Source: Planctomycetota bacterium (lineage in GTDB: Bacteria; Planctomycetota; PLA2; JAEUHO01). Taken from it: a stretch of DNA of 64,000 bases. The notes below the pieces were generated by a model. It did no database searches. It was not told the DNA's origin and was given only the letters and a program-made list of their open reading frames with translations. A program made the position numbers and the translations under genes. Each line of letters opens with the position of its first letter. Within the stretch, counting starts at the first letter, position 1. The stretch spans positions 35,613 through 99,612 of the forward strand of contig JAJDEN010000014.1 in NCBI GenBank assembly GCA_029259775.1, given 5' to 3'. This document shows positions 57,161 to 64,000 of the stretch, one piece after another.

Positions 57161-58498
57161 ATGGCCACCCGCCTGGATGTCGACCTCACGCATGCGCTCG
57201 ACCGCACCCTCGGTGACGGCCGCGGTCTGTCGCTCGCCGCGTTGGAGGAGGCGGCCACGCGCCTGGGCGACGTGGCGGACTGGGTCGCCGGCGAGGGGGA
57301 GCGGCTCGCCTTCCTCGATCTGCCGCTGGATGCCGGGCCGGCCGACGCCGCGGTCGCCTGGGCCGCAGCGGCGCCCGAAGCGCGTGACCTGATCCTCATC
57401 GGGATCGGCGGCTCGGCGCTCTCCGCGCGCGTGTTCGACGCGATCCGTCCGGCGGAGGTGGCCGGGCCGCGGCTGCATGTGCTCGACACCGTGGATCCGC
57501 GGCCCGTGCAGGGGCTGCTGCGGACGCTCGACCCCGGCACGACCTGCTTGATCGCGGCGTCGAAGTCCGGCGCCACGCTCGAGACCCTCTCGGTGTTCCC
57601 GATCCTGGAGGCGTGGCTCCACGCGGCGCGTGGGGCCGAGGCGGCCCGTCGGATCGCTGTGGTCTGCGGCGTCGCAGCGAGTCCGCTGCGTACTCGCGCG
57701 CACGAGCGCGGCTATGCGGTGTTCGATATCCCCACGGCCGTGGGCGGTCGCTATTCCGCCCTCACACCGGTGGGCCTGCTGCCGGCCGCGTGCATCGGCT
57801 TGGACCCGCGCGCTCTGCTGGCAGGTGCCGCGGCCGCGCGGGCCCGGTGCGTGGAGCCGCGCGTGGCGGACAACCCGGCGCTGGCGTTGGCGGCGGCGCA
57901 TTGGGCGGCGGAGTCGAGCGGTCGTGGTGCGGCCGTGTTGATGCCCTACGGCGAGGCGCTCCGTCCGCTGGGACCGTGGTGGGCGCAGTTGGTCGGCGAG
58001 AGCCTGGGCAAGCCTGGACCGTCGGGGCCGGCGGGCGTGACGGCGGTCGCCGCCAGCGGTCCTGCGGACCAGCACAGCCTGCTGCAGCTGCTCGTCGAGG
58101 GACCGGACGACAAGTTGACGGTGTTCGTGGACGCGGCGGGCGACGCGGGGCCGGACGTGCCGGCGGATGCGGGTGACCTGACGTATGCGGCGGGGCAGGC
58201 GCTGGGCGCCGTGCTGGCGGCGGAGCGGGACGCGACGGAGTTCGCGTTGGCGCAGGCGGGTCGACCGTCGGTGCGCGTGCGATTGGCGGCGGCGGATGCG
58301 GAGTGTGTCGGCGCGTTCCTGATGACCTACGAGATGGCGGTCGTGTTGTGGGGGCGCCTGTTGGGCGTGGACCCGTTCGGGCAGCCGGGGGTCACGTTGG
58401 GCAAGGATGCGGCGCGTGCGGTGTTGACGGGCGAGCCGGCGGACCTTGCGGCGCGCTTGGCCAGGCATCGGGACACGGAGCGGACGAGTTCGTCGTAG
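57161..58498 (+). CDS. pgi: glucose-6-phosphate isomerase (short bacterial/archaeal type)
   Basis: LIGIGGSALS, ASKSGATLETL, TAVGGRYSALT motifs. Confidence 0.85.
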   Translation: MATRLDVDLTHALDRTLGDGRGLSLAALEEAATRLGDVADWVAGEGERLAFLDLPLDAGPADAAVAWAAAAPEARDLILIGIGGSALSARVFDAIRPAEVAGPRLHVLDTVDPRPVQGLLRTLDPGTTCLIAASKSGATLETLSVFPILEAWLHAARGAEAARRIAVVCGVAASPLRTRAHERGYAVFDIPTAVGGRYSALTPVGLLPAACIGLDPRALLAGAAAARARCVEPRVADNPALALAAAHWAAESSGRGAAVLMPYGEALRPLGPWWAQLVGESLGKPGPSGPAGVTAVAASGPADQHSLLQLLVEGPDDKLTVFVDAAGDAGPDVPADAGDLTYAAGQALGAVLAAERDATEFALAQAGRPSVRVRLAAADAECVGAFLMTYEMAVVLWGRLLGVDPFGQPGVTLGKDAARAVLTGEPADLAARLARHRDTERTSSS

Positions 58499-58517
58499 CC
58501 GAGGGGCGGCGGAGCGT

Positions 58518-58626
58518 CGTGTCCGTGTCCATGAAGTGCACGTGGCAAGCCAGGGGACGTGGAAGTCAAAGTCGACGTCAACGTGTCCAGAACCGATGTA
58601 GGGGCGGATACATGATCCGCCCCTAC
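58518..58626. repeat. GTGTCC hexamer + AAGTGCACGTGGCAAGCCAGGGGA motif copy, followed by REP palindrome GTAGGGGCGGAT-acatg-ATCCGCCCCTAC
   Basis: 58518-58594 matches 42261-42346; 58598-58626 is a perfect 12-bp stem palindrome of the CCCCTAC family. Confidence 0.75.
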
Positions 58627-58706
58627 AGGCCCAAGGCCGGTGCGATCGATCCCACCCTCATGAGAGAGGGGGGGCACGCGCGGCGCGTAGCGCCGCTTGC
58701 GTGCTA

Positions 58707-58764
58707 GGGGGGGGATACCTCCCCCCCCTGCAGACACTGCTAAGGAAGGCCAAGCCTTCCTTAG
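58707..58764. terminator. two GC hairpins between convergent pgi and ssb
   Basis: ggggggggA-tacc-Tcccccccc (58707-58728) and ctaaggaagg-ccaag-ccttccttag (58740-58764, includes the ssb stop). Confidence 0.45.
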
Positions 58765-59261
58765 AACGGAATGTCGTCGTCCGCGTAATCATCCTGCGGC
58801 GTGCCTTGCGGGGCCGCCTGCGGGGCGCCCACCGGGGCCTGACCGCGCTGGGGCTGCTGCTGTCCGCTAGCGTTGCCGCTGCTGAAGTTGCCGCCACCGC
58901 CACCCTCAGCAGAGGACTGCCTCTCTCCCGTTTGACTGTCGATGAACTGGAAGTTCTCGGCGACCACGGAGAGCTTCGAGCGGCGCTGGCCGTCCTTCTC
59001 CCAGGAATCGAACTTCAGACGGCCCTCGACGAAGAGCTGACGGCCCTTCTTCAGGTAGCGGGCGATGGTCTCGCCTGTCCGGCCCCACGCCTCGCAGTCG
59101 ATGAAGGCCGTCTCTTCGACCTTCTCGCCGCTCTGGCGGTTGTTGTAGACGCGGTTGACGGCGAGGCCGAACTGGACGACCGAAGCGCCTGACGGCAGCG
59201 AGCGGGTCTCCGGATCGCGCGTGAGGCGCCCAATGAGCATCACCTTGTTGAGGTTGGCCAT
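58761..59261 (-). CDS. ssb: single-stranded DNA-binding protein
   Basis: MANLNKVMLIGRLTRDPETR OB-fold N-terminus; Gly/Gln-rich tail ending DDDIPF. Confidence 0.9.
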   Translation of the reverse strand: MANLNKVMLIGRLTRDPETRSLPSGASVVQFGLAVNRVYNNRQSGEKVEETAFIDCEAWGRTGETIARYLKKGRQLFVEGRLKFDSWEKDGQRRSKLSVVAENFQFIDSQTGERQSSAEGGGGGNFSSGNASGQQQPQRGQAPVGAPQAAPQGTPQDDYADDDIPF

Positions 59262-59402
59262 GATTCAACTCCGACACGGGGAGAGCAGAGGGCGACTCCG
59301 GCGATTCAGGCAAGCAGCCTGTTCAGGCACCGGTGATTCCCGTCTCCCGAGGGTTCTAGCGGTCACGTATGATGGTAGCCCTTGGCCCCGACAGGAGCTC
59401 CC

Positions 59403-59777
59403 ATGACCGACGAACGCCGGACAAATCAGCGCGTAGCCGCCCAGGGACCGTGCACGATCCGCGATGCGGACGGGACCGAGCGGCCTTTTGAGCTGATCGA
59501 CCTGTCCGAGAGCGGCGCCCGACTGCGCTGCAGCGACCCCATCGGGGCCATGACGCGCATCCACGTGGCGATGAACCTCCCCGGACCTCGGATCGGCCAA
59601 GACGCCGACATCCAACTCGAGACCGTGGGCGTGATCGTCTGGAGCCACCGGACCGCCGCACCGGCCGACGCCCCGCAGGGAGAGGACGGAGCCTTCTACG
59701 ACACAGGCGTCTTCTTCCCGGAGCTCAGCGAAGAGAGCGCCGCCCTGCTCCAGGCCTACGTCCTGAGTGCAGCCTAG
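59403..59777 (+). CDS. PilZ-domain protein
   Basis: RRTNQR (RxxxR) and DLSESGARL (DxSxxG) c-di-GMP-binding motifs at the expected spacing; 124 aa. Confidence 0.7.
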   Translation: MTDERRTNQRVAAQGPCTIRDADGTERPFELIDLSESGARLRCSDPIGAMTRIHVAMNLPGPRIGQDADIQLETVGVIVWSHRTAAPADAPQGEDGAFYDTGVFFPELSEESAALLQAYVLSAA

Positions 59778-59799
59778 GCCCGCCCGGGACCCTCTCACC

Positions 59800-60384
59800 G
59801 TGGCTGAGGCGCACGTACATCCGACCGCCGTCATCGACGAAGGCGCCGTGCTCGGGCCCGACGTCCGGGTCTGGCACTGGGTCCACGTGTGCCCGGGCGC
59901 CACCGTCGGCGCCGGCTCCGTGCTCGGGCAGAACGTCTTCGTCGCACCGGGCGTGCGGATCGGCGCGGGCTGCCGGCTGCAGAACAACGTCTCCCTCTTC
60001 GACGGCGTCACGCTCGAGGACGAGGTGTTCGTCGGCCCGTCGGCCGTCTTCACCAACGTGACCAATCCCCGCGCCCACGTCAGCCGCAAGGACCAGTTCG
60101 CGGCCACGCTGGTCAAGCGACGCGCGACCCTGGGGGCCAACTGCACGATCGTCTGCGGCGTCACGATCGGCGAGGGGGCCTTCATCGGCGCCGGCGCGGT
60201 CGTGACCCGGGACGTGCCGGCCCGGGTCCAGGCCGTGGGCAATCCCGCGCGTCCGGCGGGATTCCGCTGCGATTGCGGTGAGGCCTTGGGCGGCCCGTCG
60301 ACCGATGATGGAGGAGCGTTTGCCTGCACGAGCTGCGGCGCGCGCTACACCCACCGCAGCGACGGCGGACTCGACCTGAGGTAG
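59800..60384 (+). CDS. hexapeptide-repeat (left-handed beta-helix) acyltransferase with C-terminal Cys4 zinc-ribbon
   Basis: Repeated [LIV]G-x-x-x-x hexapeptides (VGAGSVLGQNVFVAPGVRIGAGCRL…); C-terminal CDCG…CTSCG; start GTG 59800 (alt GTG 59767). Confidence 0.7.
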   Translation: MAEAHVHPTAVIDEGAVLGPDVRVWHWVHVCPGATVGAGSVLGQNVFVAPGVRIGAGCRLQNNVSLFDGVTLEDEVFVGPSAVFTNVTNPRAHVSRKDQFAATLVKRRATLGANCTIVCGVTIGEGAFIGAGAVVTRDVPARVQAVGNPARPAGFRCDCGEALGGPSTDDGGAFACTSCGARYTHRSDGGLDLR

Positions 60385-60470
60385 GGCGGGCGACCTGGCC
60401 TAGGATCGGTGGCCTAGGATCGGTGGCCTGGGATGGCCGCGTAGCACCGGATCGGAGCCAGCCCCCCTCG

Positions 60471-61649
60471 ATGGACCTCTTCCACTCGGTTGTCGCGTTC
60501 CTGTTCGGCCTCGTCGTGGGCTCGTTCCTCAACGTCGTGATCTGGCGGCTCCCGCGCGGCGAGAACCTCTCCAAGCCGCGCTCCGCCTGCCCTGGCTGCG
60601 GATCCCCGATCCGCTGGCATGACAACATCCCCGTCCTCTCCTGGCTGATGTTGGCCGCCAAGTGCCGCACCTGCAAGACGGCCATCTCCGCCCGCTACCC
60701 CTTCGTGGAGCTGCTGACGGGCGTGTTCTGCCTGCTCGCGTGGCAGGCGCACGGCGCGCCGGATGCCTGGGCCAGCCTCTACAGCGCGCCCCACGGCCAC
60801 GTCCCCGACGTTGTCACGGCGGTGCTCGTCGCGCTCTTCGTCGCCGCCCTGGTGGCCATCAGCTTCATCGACATCGACTACCGCATCATCCCGGACAAGA
60901 TCTCCAAGCCGGGCATGGTCTTCTTCATCGCCCTGGCGCCGCTCAACCTGATCCTTCCGCACACCCTCGGCGGTGTGAAGCCTGCGCTGAGCGCCTGGAT
61001 GGAGGCGGGGCTAGGCTGCCTGGTGGGGGCCGGTGTCATCCTGCTGATCCGCACGATCGGCTCGTGGATCCTCAAGAAGGAAGCCATGGGCCTCGGCGAC
61101 GTGAAGCTGCTCGGCTTCATCGGCGCCATGGTTGGCTGGCTCTACGCGCTCTATGCCCTCGCCCTCGCCTGCCTCGGCGGCGCGCTCATCGGCGGCGTCA
61201 TGTTCGCGGTCGGCAAGCGGCGCCCCATGCCGTGCACGCTCAAGGTGACGGGCGGCGGCGAGACCTCGGAGTTCGACCGCGCCCGCATCCGCGACGCCCG
61301 CATCGAGGCCCGCGGAGGGCATGAAATGGAGGCCGGCGCGGATCTCGCGATCGAGATGGTGCTGCCCGCGGCGCGCATTCTGGAAGAAGAGGACGCCCAC
61401 CTGACCCTCAAGGGCCGCCTCGACACGACCCACGGCAGCGGCGAGGCGCGCCTCTGGCGGATCGAGGTCCTGGAGCCCGACGAGGACTCGTTCGAGCGCC
61501 TCGACTTCTTCAGCCAGTCCTACCGCTACATCCCCTTCGGACCGTTCCTGGCCCTCGGCGGCCTGCTGACCGTGCTGTTCGGTGGGTGGGTCCACTGGTT
61601 CATCACCGAGTGGTACCCCCACATGGCGCGCGGCCTCTTCGGCACGTAG
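60471..61649 (+). CDS. pilD: type IV prepilin peptidase (A24 family) with ~100-aa internal soluble insertion
   Basis: N-terminal CPGCGSPI…CRTC zinc-binding tetrad, GLGDVKLLGFIGAMVGW and C-terminal YIPFGPFLALGG signatures; insertion RRPMPCTLKV…FFSQS between them. Confidence 0.75.
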   Translation: MDLFHSVVAFLFGLVVGSFLNVVIWRLPRGENLSKPRSACPGCGSPIRWHDNIPVLSWLMLAAKCRTCKTAISARYPFVELLTGVFCLLAWQAHGAPDAWASLYSAPHGHVPDVVTAVLVALFVAALVAISFIDIDYRIIPDKISKPGMVFFIALAPLNLILPHTLGGVKPALSAWMEAGLGCLVGAGVILLIRTIGSWILKKEAMGLGDVKLLGFIGAMVGWLYALYALALACLGGALIGGVMFAVGKRRPMPCTLKVTGGGETSEFDRARIRDARIEARGGHEMEAGADLAIEMVLPAARILEEEDAHLTLKGRLDTTHGSGEARLWRIEVLEPDEDSFERLDFFSQSYRYIPFGPFLALGGLLTVLFGGWVHWFITEWYPHMARGLFGT

Positions 61650-62026
61650 CGAGCGGTCGTTTCGAGCCGTCTCTCGAGCCGCCGTTTCAAGCTGAGGTGG
61701 CGCTCTCGGACACCTCCTCGGGTGCCTCGATCCCTGCGTGGCGAAGCTGCGCGACAACAACGACTGGTAGCCCTTGGCACCTTTTCCCCCCAGATGTGGT
61801 ACTTAGCTCTTGACGGGTCCGCAAACCCCTGTTGAATCGCTGTTGTCGCGGTGTCGTCGCGCGCGCGGAGGAGGTCTCCACTCTGTTCTTGGCCCCTGGG
61901 CCGAGGGAGGTGGAGGCGCCATGGCCCCGACGTTGACTCCCCAGGCGAGGTCCTAGCTCGCGGGAGGTGTCAGCGTTGGCGCCCCGGTCCAGCCCCCACG
62001 CCGGCGCACCCCAAGGGAGGTTTGGT

Positions 62027-62956
62027 ATGCGTCGCGTGATCTCGACCAATGGTGCACTTCTTCTCGTTGGCCTCTTGGCCGTCACCCTCATGACCGGTTG
62101 CACGCGCTCGCGTTCGACCGATCGCGCGAAGGTGCTCGAAGCCGAGAACATCAACCTGCGCCAGAAGGCGACGACGATGGAGCAGCAGATGCGCTCCGCC
62201 CACGTCGCCCAGGACGACACGATCGCCCGCGAGCAGCAGCTGCGCGCCGAGCTCGTGGCGGCCCGTCAGGACGGCGAGGCCGCTGAGGCGGCGCGCGCCC
62301 AGGCGCTCGCCGCGCGCACGCGCCTCATCGATACGCAGAACGATCTCAGCAAGGCCGAACTCGCCCTGATCGAGAGCAACCGCCGCTTCGAGGCCCTTCA
62401 GCGCGAGCGCATCCAGCCGGTGCAGCCCGCGCCCCGCGCCGTGGCATCCCGCGGCGGCCCGACGCGCCTGCGCATGGGTGGCGCCAGCCCCCAGGCCGAG
62501 GCGATGCGTCGCGATCTCCAGAGCCAGCTGAGCAGCTACGGCGTACGCGGCCTCAAGGTCGAGGTGCGCACCGACAACACGGGCACCGAGCGCGTCGCGA
62601 TCGTCCTGCCCGACGCCTTCCCCAGCGGCAAGGCCACGCTGGCCTACAACGCCTCGGCCGTGAAGGCGGTCATCAGCGTCGGCAAGATGATCAAGAACCA
62701 CTACCCGAACAGCAGCGTGGTGGTCGAAGGCCACACCGACAGCGACCCGATCCGCAAGTCGGGCTGGGGCACGAACGAGAACCTCTCGCGCGCCCGCGCC
62801 GGTGCCGTCGAGAACCTGCTGACCAACTCCGGTGTGCCGGCGCGCAGCGTCAGCACCGAGGGCTTCGGCGCCGCTCGTCCGCTCGCGCAGGGCAACACGA
62901 AGCGCGCCAAGAGCCGCAACCGCCGCGTCGAGATCTTCATCTCCCCGCGTAGCTGA
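62027..62956 (+). CDS. OmpA/MotB-domain lipoprotein with N-terminal coiled coil
   Basis: AAGGGAGG RBS; lipobox LLLVGLLAVTLMTGC; coiled-coil region; C-terminal OmpA_C motifs (…VEGHTDS…NRRVEI). Confidence 0.8.
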   Translation: MRRVISTNGALLLVGLLAVTLMTGCTRSRSTDRAKVLEAENINLRQKATTMEQQMRSAHVAQDDTIAREQQLRAELVAARQDGEAAEAARAQALAARTRLIDTQNDLSKAELALIESNRRFEALQRERIQPVQPAPRAVASRGGPTRLRMGGASPQAEAMRRDLQSQLSSYGVRGLKVEVRTDNTGTERVAIVLPDAFPSGKATLAYNASAVKAVISVGKMIKNHYPNSSVVVEGHTDSDPIRKSGWGTNENLSRARAGAVENLLTNSGVPARSVSTEGFGAARPLAQGNTKRAKSRNRRVEIFISPRS

Positions 62957-63148
62957 GCAGGCAATCTTCTGGAAAGGCGCCCCGGAAAGGCGCCTCACAG
63001 CAAGAGCCACAACCAATCAACACCGTCCCACGACGACTGAACCAACGACATAGCAAGGGCAGCGACCGCAACGATCCGGCACCCTCCCTCCCGGGGCATC
63101 TCGTACCGAGAAGCCCGAGTTGGATCCGGCGATCGCGTAGGAGGAAAG

Positions 63149-64000
63149 ATGACCAGAATGCCGAAGACCTTCGGTTTGATCGCGCTCATGGTGCTGGCAA
63201 CGGGCCTGTCGGCCTGCCGCAGCAGCAGCAGCAAGTGCACGGGGCCGAACTGTGCGCCCCCGACCGAGCAAGCCCCCTCGTTCGCTGACGTCGAGCCGAG
63301 CTACCCGCCGGCTGCGCCGTCCTACAGCGACGTCCCGGCCATCGAGAGCCAGCCGGCCCCGACGGTTTCCAAGGCCCAGCTCGACGCTGCCCGTGACAGC
63401 GCCGATCTTGCGCGCCGTCAGTCCGAGGAACTCGCCCGCCGCCTCGCCACCGAGGAGGATGAGCGTCGTGCCCAGGACAAGCGCATCGCGGACATGGCCA
63501 GGAAGATCGACGACCTCGAGAACCCGCCGGCCGGCGTGTCCCCCGAGCCCGACATGTCGGTGCCGGAGATCACGCAGATCGACCGCCTGATCCAGGAGCT
63601 TCGCGCGCGCAGCTCGGCTGACGTCGTGCGCGACGGCAACATGGTCATCATTCGCGTCACGAACGGCTTCAAGTCGGGCTCCGACCTGCTGAAGAAAGAC
63701 GTCCAGCTGATCTCGACCCTGAACGCAGCCGCCGACGCCCTCCGCCGCTACGACGGCGCCGATGTGTCCGTGGTGGGCCACAGCGACGGCGACCCCATCA
63801 AGAAGTCCTCCTGGAAGGACAACACGGCCCTCTCCCTGGCCCGCGCCGAGCGTGTGGCGAGCGTCCTGCGTGACAACGGTGTCGCTCAGAAGCGCATCAC
63901 GATCGACGGCCAGGGCTTCCGCAGCCCCCTGATCCCGCAGGAGCGCTCGCGCTCGGACAAGGCGACGAACCGCCGCGTCGAGATCATGATCCGGATGGGC
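63149..64000 (+). CDS. OmpA/MotB-domain lipoprotein paralog, C-terminus truncated by the window end
   Basis: GAGGAAAG RBS; MTRMPKTFGLIALMVLATGLSAC lipobox; VVGHSDGD…NRRVEIMI OmpA_C motifs; not in the ORF track because no stop before position 64000. Confidence 0.75.
   Translation, partial: MTRMPKTFGLIALMVLATGLSACRSSSSKCTGPNCAPPTEQAPSFADVEPSYPPAAPSYSDVPAIESQPAPTVSKAQLDAARDSADLARRQSEELARRLATEEDERRAQDKRIADMARKIDDLENPPAGVSPEPDMSVPEITQIDRLIQELRARSSADVVRDGNMVIIRVTNGFKSGSDLLKKDVQLISTLNAAADALRRYDGADVSVVGHSDGDPIKKSSWKDNTALSLARAERVASVLRDNGVAQKRITIDGQGFRSPLIPQERSRSDKATNRRVEIMIRMG

Overview
This 64 kb window is a very GC-rich (~70%) chromosomal segment with myxobacterial character (many secreted or lipoproteins, ECF sigma factors, REP-like palindromes). 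It is gene-dense and mostly housekeeping, envelope and metabolic. I found no integrase, transposase, CRISPR array or recognisable defence genes.

Genes I can place confidently by family:
- A truncated DUF72 gene at the left edge, a YceH/DUF480 protein, the MgtE magnesium transporter, leucyl aminopeptidase, two NUDIX hydrolases (one fused to an HD domain) and a 7Fe ferredoxin.
- A secreted M1 aminopeptidase N with a C-terminal HEAT-repeat tail, Ppx/GppA, a class-C beta-lactamase-like serine hydrolase, a glyoxalase, an LtaS/sulfatase-family membrane enzyme, and a secreted TPR-CHAT protein.
- tRNA-Arg(CCT), an ASCH protein, a D-cysteine desulfhydrase-like enzyme, a PP2C/SpoIIE phosphatase, a cytochrome c, ArgRS, and a PyrK-like reductase overlapping a SIS protein.
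- A butyryl/isobutyryl-CoA block with thiolase, Hbd, two acyl-CoA dehydrogenases, MeaB and an IcmB-like B12-binding small subunit, interrupted by an opposite-strand rhomboid protease.
- An Acs-family acyl-CoA synthetase, Pgi, Ssb, a PilZ / hexapeptide transferase / PilD group, and two tandem OmpA-family lipoproteins.

The items most worth follow-up:
- Two paralogous single-chain ECF sigma factors, each fused to a transmembrane helix and a large extracytoplasmic domain.
- A tRNA-Arg locus flanked by partial tRNA direct repeats.
- Several families of intergenic palindromic and hexamer repeats.
- A duplicated mini-lipoprotein gene with a conserved 3' end.
- A PilD prepilin peptidase carrying a roughly 100-aa insertion next to a PilZ gene.
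- MeaB plus an IcmB-like small subunit with no mutase large subunit present in the window.
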